DNA of 63,902 nucleotides, counting the filler, from an uncultured bacterium (GTDB lineage: Bacteria > DAOPZR01), in the NCBI GenBank assembly GCA_964637655.1. It is 4 parts of 4 records of this genome, joined end to end, with 100 filler letters (N's around TTAATTAATTAA, not from the genome) between each part and the next. Parts side by side here need not be neighbours in the genome. Positions count along the whole stretch, not along the records: positions 16,354 to 32,551 come from CAZWUZ010000049.1; 3 more parts are not named here. One strand, 5' to 3'. Under the pieces are notes generated by a model that was not told the origin of the DNA, made no database searches, and was given only the letters and a program-made list of their open reading frames with translations. Position numbers and translations under genes: made by a program. Shown in pieces: positions 20,979 to 30,614 of this stretch (position 1 is its first letter; each line of letters begins with the position of its first letter).

Positions 20979-22330
20979 AAATCGGACTGCTCAAGCCCGA
21001 GGCGGATGTCCGCTTTCTGCCCTATCCGCTCCTGTACCTCGCCGCGGCGCTGCGGCGCGCCGGGCATGAGGCGAACATCGCCTATAGCGGTGACAATGCC
21101 CGTGACCTCGCCGCGCTGCAGGCGTGGGGGGCGGAGGCCATCGGCATCTCCGTGCTGACGGGCCCCAACCTCATTCCGGCGCTGGCTGCCGTCACGGCCT
21201 GCCGTGTGGCGGGCATCCCGACGGTGCTTGGCGGAGTGCATGCCTCGCTGATGCCTGAGGTGGCGCTGACCTCGGGGACCGACTTCATCGTCGCGGGCGA
21301 AGGGGAACGCACCATTGTCGCGCTGGCTGACAACGGGTTTACGTTGCCGGCGGAGGGCATTCCCGGCGTCTGGTGCCTGCAGGGAGAGGCGGTGCGGCAG
21401 CGCGACCCGGGCCCGCCGGTCAACCTCGACGACTACGCGCTTCCCTGGAACCTTGTCGATCCGGCACGATTCCTCTACCGCGGGGCGGAGGGGAAGCGCA
21501 CGCTGCCGGTCATCACCTCGCGCGGCTGCCCGTACGCCTGCAGTTTCTGCTATTCGCCCGCCTTCCATCTGCGCCGCTGGCGTGCGCACTCGCTCGACTA
21601 TGTGCGGGCTGAGCGGGAACAGATTCTCACGCGGGTACAGCCCGAGGCCATCCAGTTCTTTGATGACCATTTCTTCGTCGATGCGGCGCGCGCGGAGGCG
21701 GTCGTCGCGCTCTGGGATCTGCCGTGGCAGGCGGAGGTGCGCGCGGACAAACTCACGCCTGAATTCGCGCGCTGGGCGCGGCAGGCGCGCTGCCAGCGGC
21801 TTTTCCTCGGTATCGAGTCGGGAAGCGACCGTGTGCGCGAAATGCTGCGCAAGGAACTGACGGCGGAACAGATCCGCGCGGCGGTGGCGGCGGCAGCCGA
21901 CGCGAAGCTGCCGCTTGACCTGAGTTTCATCATCGGCTTCCCGGGCGAGACGGAAGCGGAACGCGGGGAAACGCTCGCGTTCATCGACGAACTGCAGCGG
22001 CTGCATCCGCAGGCCAATGCCACGGTCAAGGTCTATACCCCCTACCCGAAGACCGCGCTCTGGGCGGACGCGCTGCATCGCGGGTTCGTGCCGCCTGACG
22101 ACAACGCCGGCTGGGCGCGCTTTTCGCGTGCGTGGGTGGAACTGCCGTGGCTCGACGCATCGCGCGCGGCGGAAATCTCGCTCGTCAGCCGCCACGCCTG
22201 CTGCACCGAACCCGACCTGTTGCCGCGCGGCCACGCGCTGCTCGGCGCACTGGCAAAGTGGCGCTGGCGCACGCGTACGTTCGGTTTCCCCGCGGAAGCG
22301 CACTTGTACCGGCTGGTGAAGGGCCTGTGA
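20975..22330 (+). CDS. Cobalamin-binding-domain radical SAM protein
   Basis: PYPLLYLAA, VLGGVHAS, GEGE, TSRGCPYACSFC, GIESGS, FIIGFPGET. Confidence 0.9.
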   Translation: MKIGLLKPEADVRFLPYPLLYLAAALRRAGHEANIAYSGDNARDLAALQAWGAEAIGISVLTGPNLIPALAAVTACRVAGIPTVLGGVHASLMPEVALTSGTDFIVAGEGERTIVALADNGFTLPAEGIPGVWCLQGEAVRQRDPGPPVNLDDYALPWNLVDPARFLYRGAEGKRTLPVITSRGCPYACSFCYSPAFHLRRWRAHSLDYVRAEREQILTRVQPEAIQFFDDHFFVDAARAEAVVALWDLPWQAEVRADKLTPEFARWARQARCQRLFLGIESGSDRVREMLRKELTAEQIRAAVAAAADAKLPLDLSFIIGFPGETEAERGETLAFIDELQRLHPQANATVKVYTPYPKTALWADALHRGFVPPDDNAGWARFSRAWVELPWLDASRAAEISLVSRHACCTEPDLLPRGHALLGALAKWRWRTRTFGFPAEAHLYRLVKGL

Positions 22331-23163
22331 ACGTCAGCGTCATCGTCCCGTCGTTGCGCGGGGCGGCGCGCGTGGCGCAGCAGGCGGCGCGGCAGCAGGG
22401 CGGCCCGTGGCGCATCGAGGTGGTCGAGGGCGTGCGTCCCAACGGCAAGGCGCGCAACGTGGGAATACGCCGCGCGCCGGCGGATGCGTATATCTTTCTC
22501 GATGATGATGTCACGCTCGAACGTGATGACATCTTTGCGACGCTGCTGGCCGGGCTGGAACGTGCCGTCATCAGCGGCTGCGTGCGCGCGCTGCCCTCCG
22601 ACGCGACGCCGTTCCAGCAGCGGGTCGGCGGGGAAGTGCCGCTGCAGGCACTGACTCCGCCAACGGAGTGGCAGGTGCTGACGCTCCCCGCGACGGGGCG
22701 CGCCTGGCTCCCGATCTCCACCACCTGCTGCGCAGTACAGCAGGAGGTATTTGACCGTGTCGGGATGTTCGATGAAACCCTCTGGCGCGGGGTCGATACC
22801 GAGTTCTTCTACCGTGCGGCGCAGGCGGGCTTTTGCTTCGCGGTGGCGCCCGGCATCAGCGTCGGACACTATCCGCCCGCTGACCTGCGCGCGCTGTGCA
22901 AACGCATGTACTGGACGGGCTGGGGTCATGCGGAGGAAGCGATGTGCCATCCCGCGCGCGGCATCGGCTACCAATTGACCAACCCGCTGCTGGCGCTCGG
23001 CTACCTGCTGCTGCGTGCCTGCCTGCTGCCGCTGCATGCCCTTACCACCTACTCACATTACGCACCATCATGGCAACCCGCCTGGCGCCCGCTCAAGGCG
23101 CTGGCGAGTTTTGCCGTCGCCTGCGGCTATACCCGCCGCTGGCTGCAGAAAGGAACTACCTGA
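22327..23163 (+). CDS. Glycosyltransferase family 2
   Basis: VSVIVPS, ARNVG, IFLDDD, GMFDE..GVDTEF; GTGA overlap start. Confidence 0.85.
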   Translation: MNVSVIVPSLRGAARVAQQAARQQGGPWRIEVVEGVRPNGKARNVGIRRAPADAYIFLDDDVTLERDDIFATLLAGLERAVISGCVRALPSDATPFQQRVGGEVPLQALTPPTEWQVLTLPATGRAWLPISTTCCAVQQEVFDRVGMFDETLWRGVDTEFFYRAAQAGFCFAVAPGISVGHYPPADLRALCKRMYWTGWGHAEEAMCHPARGIGYQLTNPLLALGYLLLRACLLPLHALTTYSHYAPSWQPAWRPLKALASFAVACGYTRRWLQKGTT

Positions 23164-24356
23164 TGCTGCAGGGCATAGCGGAAATACTGATTCTCGGGCT
23201 GCTGGCGGATTGGATCTGCCGGCAGGCGAAACTCCCCGGCGTGCTTGGTATGCTCGCCATCGGCATGCTGCTCGGGCCGGCCGGGCTCGGCACACTGCCG
23301 GCTGATTTTCTTACCGCCAGCACCGACCTGCGGCAGTTCGCACTGATCCTTATCCTGCTGCGTGCGGGTTTTGCCATTCCTTACGCGACCCTGCGGCAGA
23401 TTGGCGGGCAGGCGACAGTGCAGGCGGTCATTCCCGCCGCGCTCGAGGTGGCGCTGGTGGTGCTGCTCGCGCCCGCGCTGCTGGGGCTGACCGCGGGTGA
23501 AGCGCTGCTGCTCGGACTGGTGCTCACCGCGGCCTCCCCGGCAGTGGTGGTTCCGTTCATGATTCACCTGCAGCAGCAGCATCGCGGTGAGCAGCATCAT
23601 GTGCCGACGCTGGTGCTCGCGGCGACCGCGCTGGGCAATGTGCTTGCCGTGGTTGCTTTCGGTATCGCGGCGCATCTGTATCTGCGGCCCGAGATGCTGG
23701 CGCGCGAACTGGGTTTGCTTCCCGTCGGGTTGCTTGGCGGTATTGCGGTGGGTATCGCAACGGGCATCCTGTTGCGGCAGATCTTCATCGTCTATAATCC
23801 GCGCGCGACCAAGCGGGTGCTTATTGTCATCGCGCTGGCGGCGCTTTTCGTACGGATAGAGTCGGCGCTGGCGGAGTATGTGCCGTTTGCCGCGTTGCTT
23901 GCGGCCATGACACTTGGATTGACCATCCTTGCGCGTGACGAGGGCATGGCGCATGAACTGGCGCAGAAACTGGGAAAAATCTGGATCTTTGCCGAGATTG
24001 CGGTCTTCGCCATTGTCGGGGCACAGGTCGACCCGCGCGTGGCGCTGGCCGCGGGTGGTGCGGGCGCGCTGCTTATCGGCGGCATGGTGCTGCTGCGCGT
24101 CATTGCCGCGCGCCTCTGCCTCGCGGGCGGGAAACTGACACGCGGGGAGAAGTGGTTTGTCGCTTCGGCGGGGCTGCCCAAGGCGACCGTGCAGGCCGCG
24201 CTCGGGGCGGCGCCGCTGCTGCTGCTGGCAGGGACGCCGCGCGAGGCGGCCGGGCAGATTATTCTCGCGGTGTCGGTGCTCAGCATCGTGCTCACCGCCG
24301 CCCCCGGCGCCTGGCTCCTCGAAAAAATGGGGACACACACTTTCCGGAAACGCTGA
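23163..24356 (+). CDS. Cation:proton antiporter (CPA1, NHA-like)
   Basis: LPGVLGML, ILLRAG, ASPAVVVP, PKATVQAALG, ~12 TM segments. Confidence 0.85.
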   Translation: MLQGIAEILILGLLADWICRQAKLPGVLGMLAIGMLLGPAGLGTLPADFLTASTDLRQFALILILLRAGFAIPYATLRQIGGQATVQAVIPAALEVALVVLLAPALLGLTAGEALLLGLVLTAASPAVVVPFMIHLQQQHRGEQHHVPTLVLAATALGNVLAVVAFGIAAHLYLRPEMLARELGLLPVGLLGGIAVGIATGILLRQIFIVYNPRATKRVLIVIALAALFVRIESALAEYVPFAALLAAMTLGLTILARDEGMAHELAQKLGKIWIFAEIAVFAIVGAQVDPRVALAAGGAGALLIGGMVLLRVIAARLCLAGGKLTRGEKWFVASAGLPKATVQAALGAAPLLLLAGTPREAAGQIILAVSVLSIVLTAAPGAWLLEKMGTHTFRKR

Positions 24357-24445
24357 AATCAGCACTGCAAAAAGGGGACACACACTTTCCGGTACAGACC
24401 GTGCATGAAAGTGTGTGTCCCCTTTCGGTTGTCTGTCCCCTTTTT
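24329..24445. repeat. Nested GGGGACA...TGTCCCC palindromic element (REP/REPIN-like)
   Basis: GGGGACACACACTTTCCGG at 24329 and 24374; perfect inverse GAAAGTGTGTGTCCCC at 24407-24422; TGTCCCC at 24434. Confidence 0.8.
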
Positions 24446-24486
24446 GGTTGCAAAAGGGAGCGGCAATCTGATAGGATGACGGCATT

Positions 24487-25113
24487 ATGATCATCACACA
24501 CCGGAAACCGGAAGAGGAGGTCGCGCGCACGCTGGACGGGGTGCGTTCGCTCTTTATCGTCGGCTGCGGCCTGTGCGCCACCTCATGCCAGACAGGGGGG
24601 GCGAAAGAGGTTGCGGCGTGGACGGAAAAACTGCGCGCGCAGGGAATCACCGTCACCGGCAGCGTGGTCTGCGATTCCCCCTGTGACGAGCGTCTGGTCA
24701 AGCGCGATTTTGCCGCGCATAAGGAAACCATCGCCGCGGCGGAGGCACTGCTGATTCTCGCCTGCGGGGTCGGGGTGCAGGTAAGCGCCGACGTGGCCGG
24801 CAAGCGCGCCATCCCGGTGCTGAACACCACGGCACTGGCGAAAATCCAGCGCATCGGGGTCAACCAGGAGTACTGCCGTCAGTGCGGCAACTGCGTGCTG
24901 GCGGACACCGCGGGCATCTGCCCGGTGACACGCTGCGCCAAGGGGCTGCGCAACGGCCCGTGCGGCGGCGCGCATGACGGGCACTGCGAGGTGGAGCCGG
25001 ACCGCGACTGCGCCTGGCAGCTCATTCTCAAGCGATTGTCGCCGGCGGAGAAGGAGCGGCTGCTCGGGCTGCGGCGGCCGCGCGACCACCGCGCGCAGGG
25101 GCGCAAACCGTGA
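24487..25113 (+). CDS. metV: MetV-type methylene-THF reductase accessory Fe-S/Zn subunit
   Basis: GCGLCATSCQTGG, LACGVGVQ, CRQCGNC, GICPVTRCAKGLRNGPCGG, CAW; coupled to metF. Confidence 0.85.
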   Translation: MIITHRKPEEEVARTLDGVRSLFIVGCGLCATSCQTGGAKEVAAWTEKLRAQGITVTGSVVCDSPCDERLVKRDFAAHKETIAAAEALLILACGVGVQVSADVAGKRAIPVLNTTALAKIQRIGVNQEYCRQCGNCVLADTAGICPVTRCAKGLRNGPCGGAHDGHCEVEPDRDCAWQLILKRLSPAEKERLLGLRRPRDHRAQGRKP

Positions 25114-25988
25114 AACTGACGGAACTGGCGAAGGCGGGCAAGCCGCTGCTGACGGCGGAGATATTCCCCCCGAAAGGCACCAACCTGACGAAAGTGCTGG
25201 CCAAGGCGAAACTGCTGTCGCCGGCCATCGCGGCGTTCAATATCACCGATTCGCAGCGCGCGGTGATGCGTCTCTCCCCGCTGGCGATAGCGAAGGTCAT
25301 GCTCGACGCGGGCTACCTGCCCATCTGCCAGTTGACCTGCCGCGACCGCAACCGGCTCGCGCTGCAGTCCGACCTGCTCGGGGCGGCGGCACTCGGTATC
25401 GAGAACGTGCTGCTGCTGTCGGGGGACCATCCCAAGCATGGCGACCATCCCGAGGCTAAACCGGTATTCGACCTCGACGCAGCGCAACTGCTCGACGTGG
25501 CCAGGCAACTGATGGCGGGGAAAGACATGCAGGGGAACGTGCTCGACGGGGCGCCTGACTTCTGCCTCGGGGCGGTGGTCAACCCGACGGCGGAACCGAT
25601 GGAACATCAATTGCTGATGTTCCGCAAGAAGGCACTGCTCGGGGCGGAGTTTTTCCAGACGCAGGTGATTTACGACGTGGCGGTATACCGCGCGTTCCGC
25701 GACGCGGTGCAGGTCATGAACCTGCCGCAGTTGCCGCTGGTGCTGCCGAGCGTGCTGCTGCTCAAGTCGGCAAAAATGGCGGAGCGCATGGCGCAGGTGC
25801 CGGGCATCCGCATCCCCGAGAGCGTGGTGGCGCGCATGCAGGGAGCCGCCGACCCGCTCAGCGAAGGCAAGCAGATCTGCGCGGAACTGATCGATGAATT
25901 GCTCGGCCTGGCGCCCGGGGTGCATGTCATGGCCATCAACTGTGAAGAACTGATTCCTGACATCCTCGCCCGCTGCAAAAACCTCTGA
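25110..25988 (+). CDS. metF: Methylenetetrahydrofolate reductase
   Basis: AEIFPPKG, NITD, QLTCRDRNRLALQSDL, LSGDHP, KKALLGAEFFQTQ. Confidence 0.92.
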   Translation: MKLTELAKAGKPLLTAEIFPPKGTNLTKVLAKAKLLSPAIAAFNITDSQRAVMRLSPLAIAKVMLDAGYLPICQLTCRDRNRLALQSDLLGAAALGIENVLLLSGDHPKHGDHPEAKPVFDLDAAQLLDVARQLMAGKDMQGNVLDGAPDFCLGAVVNPTAEPMEHQLLMFRKKALLGAEFFQTQVIYDVAVYRAFRDAVQVMNLPQLPLVLPSVLLLKSAKMAERMAQVPGIRIPESVVARMQGAADPLSEGKQICAELIDELLGLAPGVHVMAINCEELIPDILARCKNL

Positions 25989-26007
25989 ACTGATTCTGCT
26001 GAACGTA

Positions 26008-26204
26008 TTACCGCGGAGTACACGGAACGCACGGAGAAAGTCGTAAAGGCGTTCACCGCCGAGCACACAGAGCACGCAGAGAAAAACACAGAGAAAAATG
26101 TAGAGACAGTACACAAGGGATGGCCCTGCGGGCGGCAGTACACCACAGGCAAAACAGCATCGCTATCGGCGGATCGCAGACGCTCCGCGTGCTCTGTGGT
26201 GAAA
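26008..26204. repeat. CAC(A/G)CAGAG-family inverted-repeat element without internal gene
   Basis: TTCACCGCCGAGCACACAGAGCACGCAGAG (26052) and inverse CTCCGCGTGCTCTGTGGTGAAA (26183) match the arms flanking GxxExxY. Confidence 0.75.
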
Positions 26205-26242
26205 AGATTTTCTGTTGCTGTGCCGTCCGGTGCTGCTGACGG

Positions 26243-26830
26243 TCAGGGCTTGGGCAGTGCCTCGTCGATGAAGGCGAACACTTCCTTGATATCGAGCGGC
26301 TTGGCGAAAATCTGCTCGCCCCCCGCCGCCTGGAACTTGGCGATCAGTTCCTTGTCGGCAACATGCGCGGTGATGGCGGCGATGCGGATGCGGCGTCCCT
26401 CGGGCATCTGGCGGATGACGCGGCAGACCTCGACCCCGTCCATCCCCGGCATCTGCAGGTCGAGCAGCAGCACGGCCGGGCGCAGCGTGGCGATGAGCGC
26501 CCCCGCCTCGAAGCCGTTGGCAGTGGTGTGCAGCGGCACGTCGGCATAACGCTTGCGAAAATGCAGTTCGAGCATCTTGAGGATGGAGGGCTCGTCATCA
26601 ACCGCGAGGACGGCGCGCAGCAGCGGGAGTTCCGTCCCCTCCATGGCACGATACGGGATGCCCTGGCGCGCGGCGAATTCCTTGAGGTCGGTCTCGTCGA
26701 TGCGGCGGTGTTTGCCCATGGTGCGGAACGAGCGGATTTCACCCGCATCGATCCAGCGCTGCATGGTGCTGCGGCTGACCCCGAGCCGCTCGGCGGCTTC
26801 CTGTGAAGTAAGCAGGCGATATTCCGACAT
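26243..26830 (-). CDS. Response regulator with N-terminal excisionase-like (HTH_17) DNA-binding domain
   Basis: LLTSQEAAERLGVSRSTMQRWIDAG..RTMGKHRRI, then VDDE, LLDLQMPGMDG, ITA, KP. Confidence 0.88.
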   Translation of the reverse strand: MSEYRLLTSQEAAERLGVSRSTMQRWIDAGEIRSFRTMGKHRRIDETDLKEFAARQGIPYRAMEGTELPLLRAVLAVDDEPSILKMLELHFRKRYADVPLHTTANGFEAGALIATLRPAVLLLDLQMPGMDGVEVCRVIRQMPEGRRIRIAAITAHVADKELIAKFQAAGGEQIFAKPLDIKEVFAFIDEALPKP

Positions 26831-26947
26831 GATGTCACCTCGTTGATTGAAATATACCCAATGATGACATCTTTGGATTTCTCTGTCAAGCGACCAAAGG
26901 TGTCAAGGTGTTAGCAGTTTTGTGAAAATGGCACTTTTCTGCTGCAA

Positions 26948-28060
26948 CTATTGGGGAGTATGGTGAGAAGTTCGCAGGCAGGAAGCGTTGTCAAGGGCGC
27001 GTTTGAGCGTTTGCCGACTGATGCGCCCTGAAGCAAGATGCGCGCGGATGATGTCCACAACTTCGGGCACTATATCCGGTTCATACATTGCGGTGTTGTT
27101 GGAAAATATCAACAGGTCGCATCCGGCATTGAGCGCCAACGCAATCGCTTCCGCGCGTCCGTACTGCTGCGTGATGGCGCCCATCATCATATCGTCAGAG
27201 ATGACTGGCCCCTGCCAGCCAAGTTCACCGCGCAGCAATCCGCCAAGCGTTGCCATGGAGAGGGTGGCCGGGTACTGCGTGTCGAGACGCGTATTGAACG
27301 TATGCGCGGACATCACGGCATCCGCGCGCACCTGCGCGTAGGGGAGCAGTTCCTCGCGCTGCCAGGTGGCGGTGACATCAGTCAAACCGAAATGCGAATC
27401 GGCGGTGGCACTGCCGTGCCCGGGAAAATGCTTGAGTGCGCAGCTGATGCCGCGCGCATGATGTGCCGCGATAAAGGCGCGGGCATGGCGCGCGACGGTG
27501 TCGGGGACGGCGCTGAAACTGCGCTGCACGGCGCCGATGGCAGGCGAGGCGGGGTTGCGATTGAGATCGACCACCGGGGCGAAGTTGAGCGTGATGCCGG
27601 CGTCGGCCAGCGCCTGCGCGGTCAGATCCGCCCAGTACGCCGTGGTCTCCGCGTCATCGAGGGTGCCGAGTGCCTGCGCGGAGAGGGTCGGGGGGAACCC
27701 GTACTCCTGCCTGAGGCGGTTTACGCGTCCCCCCTCCTGGTCGATGGCGATGATGAGCGGCGGGCGGCCCGCGTCGGCCGCGGCCTCCTGCAGCGCGGCC
27801 GTGAGCGCGCGCAGTTGCGCGGGACTGGTGACATTGCGCGGGCGCGACGACGACGGGGCGTCATACTCATACAGCACGACACCACCCAGTCCATAGTCGC
27901 TGATATCGCGGAAAACGTGATGGTCGGGCGCCAGGGCAACGCCGCGGAAACCGGCGATGAGCAGTTCACCGGCGCGTGCCGCGAGCGGATCGTAGGTGGC
28001 GGCATGCCACACGGCCGCCACCGCAGCACACAGCAGGAGGCCGATGAGCAGGCGGCGCAT
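26948..28060 (-). CDS. Exported GH3 beta-N-acetylhexosaminidase (NagZ-like)
   Basis: Signal peptide; DQEGGRV, NFAPVVD, KHFPGHG..DSH, ISDDMMMGAI. Confidence 0.9.
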   Translation of the reverse strand: MRRLLIGLLLCAAVAAVWHAATYDPLAARAGELLIAGFRGVALAPDHHVFRDISDYGLGGVVLYEYDAPSSSRPRNVTSPAQLRALTAALQEAAADAGRPPLIIAIDQEGGRVNRLRQEYGFPPTLSAQALGTLDDAETTAYWADLTAQALADAGITLNFAPVVDLNRNPASPAIGAVQRSFSAVPDTVARHARAFIAAHHARGISCALKHFPGHGSATADSHFGLTDVTATWQREELLPYAQVRADAVMSAHTFNTRLDTQYPATLSMATLGGLLRGELGWQGPVISDDMMMGAITQQYGRAEAIALALNAGCDLLIFSNNTAMYEPDIVPEVVDIIRAHLASGRISRQTLKRALDNASCLRTSHHTPQ

Positions 28061-28875
28061 CAGCGGCGGTGGTAGCGGCGGCGGCTGCGCTGGCCGAAGG
28101 CGCGCACGAGCGCGCGGCGGCAGAAGGAGACACTTTCCGCCAGGGTCGCGGCCACGCGGTCGAGGTCATGTCCGCCCAAAGTATGCGGGGCGAGTTCGAG
28201 CGACAGGCAGCCGCGGTAGCGCGTCTCCGCCAGCAGGGCGAGAAACTCCTCCAGCGGCAGCACTCCCTGTTGCGGCGGCAGATGCCACGTCTGCGCGTCG
28301 ATGTTGGACAAATGGATATGGGCAACCCGCGCACCATGCGCGCGCCAGAGCGCTGTCAGCCCGTCAGGCCAGGTGCCGGCATGCGCGGTATCGAACACGA
28401 GACGCGGTATCGGTTCCCATTCCGCCGGCGCATTCGCCTGCCAGCGCCGGTCGGGTATAGAAAAGAGCCCGAGTATCCTGCGCGTATGGCGCGGCATGGT
28501 TTCGAAGGCAACGGGAATACCGTCGCGCCACTGCGGGTCGGCAAAATCGATGCGCGCGTCACCGCGTGCCGGCGGATGTGCCACCACGAGGCGGGCGCCA
28601 ACCGCGCGTGCCAGCGTGCGGGCAAAAACAAGCCGCTCCGCCCACTCCGTTTCCGCCGGCGGGTAGAGTGCCGGGCGCGCGGTATGCACAACCGGAATGC
28701 GCAGGTAGAACTCCTCCATCAAACGGCGCAGGTAGGGGATCTGCCGCGTATCGGCACGATCGTCGAGTTGCAATTCCAGCCCGTCCACTTCAAGCCGTCG
28801 CGCGAGTTCGCAGACGCGGTTGAGTCCGTAATGATTGAGCGACGCAGTCGACAGAATGAGATCGATGGCGGCCAT
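28060..28875 (-). CDS. Sugar-phosphate isomerase/epimerase-family TIM barrel
   Basis: DGLEL, VVAHPP, AFETMP, FDTAH, HIHLSN, HLPP..G, SLEL. Confidence 0.8.
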   Translation of the reverse strand: MAAIDLILSTASLNHYGLNRVCELARRLEVDGLELQLDDRADTRQIPYLRRLMEEFYLRIPVVHTARPALYPPAETEWAERLVFARTLARAVGARLVVAHPPARGDARIDFADPQWRDGIPVAFETMPRHTRRILGLFSIPDRRWQANAPAEWEPIPRLVFDTAHAGTWPDGLTALWRAHGARVAHIHLSNIDAQTWHLPPQQGVLPLEEFLALLAETRYRGCLSLELAPHTLGGHDLDRVAATLAESVSFCRRALVRAFGQRSRRRYHRR

Positions 28876-28882
28876 GTTTTCA

Positions 28883-29086
28883 GGAGCGCCCCGGACGACC
28901 GGGCGCGGCAGCGAATGCCGGCAGAAGTTCGCGCAACATCCGGGAGCGCCCCGGACGACCGGGCGCGGCAGCGAACGCCGGCAGAAGTTCGCGCAACATC
29001 CGGGAGCGCCCCGGACGACCGGGCGCGGCAGCGAACGCCGGCAGAAGTTCGCGCAACATCCGGGAGCGCCCCGGATGACCGGGCGC
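28883..29086. repeat. 60-bp tandem repeat, about 3.4 nearly identical copies
   Basis: Units start at 28883, 28943, 29003 and partially at 29063; each holds two hairpins. Confidence 0.92.
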
Positions 29087-29123
29087 AGGAGCGGGCGACA
29101 GCAGGAGCAGGCACATACAGGGA

Positions 29124-29882
29124 TTACAAACGGACGGGGAGGCCCTGCGCGGCGAGCGCGCGCTTGACCTCACCGACGGTGGTCTCCTTGTAGTGGAAAA
29201 TCGAGGCGGCGAGCACGGCGGACGCGCCCCCTTCCTGCAGGCCGGCGCGCAAATGCTCGACCGTGCCCGCGCCCCCCGAGGCGATGACCGGGATGCCGAC
29301 CGCGTCGCTGACCGCGCGGGTCAACCCGAGATCGAATCCGTCCTTGCAGCCGTCACGGTCCATCGAGGTGAGCAGAATCTCTCCCGCGCCGCGCTGCTCG
29401 GCCTCGCGCGCCCACGCCACCGCGTCCCTGCCGACCGGGGTGCGCCCGCCGTGGATGAATACTTCCCACTGTCCGGGCGCGGTCTGCTTGGCATCGATGG
29501 CGACGACGATGCACTGCGCGCCGAACTGCGCGGAGCCCTCGCTGATCAGTTCCGGGCGCTGCACCGCGGCGGTGTTGAGCGAGACCTTGTCGGCGCCCGC
29601 GGCGAGCATGGCGCGGATATCGTCGACGGTGCGCAGCCCGCCCCCGACGGTGAAGGGGAGGAAGATGGTCTCCGCCACGCGCCGCGCGACGTCGAACATG
29701 ATGCTGCGGCGCTCGTGCGAGGCGGTGATGTCGAGAAAAACGAGTTCGTCGGCCCCCTGGCGGTCGTACTCCGCCGCCACTTCCACGGGATCGCCCGCGT
29801 CGCGGATGTCGACGAACTTCACCCCCTTGACAACGCGTCCGGCGTCGACGTCGAGGCAGGGGATGATGCGCGGGGCGAGCAT
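29124..29882 (-). CDS. hisF: Imidazole glycerol phosphate synthase cyclase subunit
   Basis: [51 protein letters not shown]. Confidence 0.97.
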   Translation of the reverse strand: MLAPRIIPCLDVDAGRVVKGVKFVDIRDAGDPVEVAAEYDRQGADELVFLDITASHERRSIMFDVARRVAETIFLPFTVGGGLRTVDDIRAMLAAGADKVSLNTAAVQRPELISEGSAQFGAQCIVVAIDAKQTAPGQWEVFIHGGRTPVGRDAVAWAREAEQRGAGEILLTSMDRDGCKDGFDLGLTRAVSDAVGIPVIASGGAGTVEHLRAGLQEGGASAVLAASIFHYKETTVGEVKRALAAQGLPVRL

Positions 29883-30614
29883 TTACTGTTCCGCCACCGC
29901 GGCGAGCGCATCGGTGAGGGTGAAGGCGTTCTCGTAGAGCGCGCGGCCGACGATGGCGCCTGTCACGCGGTATGACTGCAGCTGTGCCAGCGCGCGCAGG
30001 TCGTCGAGCGTGGTGATGCCGCCCGAGGCGATGAGGTCACGCCCGAAGCACCCCGCGACCTCCTGCAGCCCCTCGATGTTGGGGCCGGCCATCATACCGT
30101 CGCGCCCGATGTCAGTGTAGATGAGCGTCTGCAGTCCCATCTCCTTGAGCTGCTTTACCGCGTCGGCGACAGTGATCTTCGACAGCGAAGTCCACCCCTT
30201 GATGGCGACGAAACCGCCGCGTGCATCGAGCGACACGGCGATCCGCTCGGCGTAGATGCCGAGCGCGGCGCGCAGCAGGTTCGGATCCTGCAGCGCGCTG
30301 GTGCCGAAGATGATGCGGTCGATGCCGCCGTCGAGGTAGGAGAGCATCGTCGCCCGGTCGCGGATGCCGCCGCCGATCTCGATCTTCACCTGCGGAAATT
30401 CCTTCCGGACAGCGAGGATCACCTCACGGTGCACCGGGGTGCCGTCCTTGGCGCCGGCCAGATCGACGAGATGCAGCCACTGCGCCCCCTGCTCGACCCA
30501 GCGGCGTGCGGCGTTGACCGGGTCATCATCGAACACGGTCAGGTCCTGGAATTCGCCGCGGCGCAGGCGCACGGCTTTGCCGTCAAGGATGTCGATGGCG
30601 GGATAGAGTATCAT
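29883..30614 (-). CDS. hisA: ProFAR isomerase
   Basis: [48 protein letters not shown]. Confidence 0.96.
   Translation of the reverse strand: MILYPAIDILDGKAVRLRRGEFQDLTVFDDDPVNAARRWVEQGAQWLHLVDLAGAKDGTPVHREVILAVRKEFPQVKIEIGGGIRDRATMLSYLDGGIDRIIFGTSALQDPNLLRAALGIYAERIAVSLDARGGFVAIKGWTSLSKITVADAVKQLKEMGLQTLIYTDIGRDGMMAGPNIEGLQEVAGCFGRDLIASGGITTLDDLRALAQLQSYRVTGAIVGRALYENAFTLTDALAAVAEQ

Noticed and set aside
24487-25988. metV-metF as proof of a Wood-Ljungdahl pathway
   Set aside because: No acs/cdh, fhs or methyltransferase genes are in the window; the pair can also serve methionine synthesis.
26243-26830. Excisionase-like domain as a prophage or ICE marker
   Set aside because: It is fused to a receiver domain, with no integrase, att site or phage genes nearby.
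28883-29086. Possible CRISPR array
   Set aside because: Head-to-tail repeats with no unique spacers.
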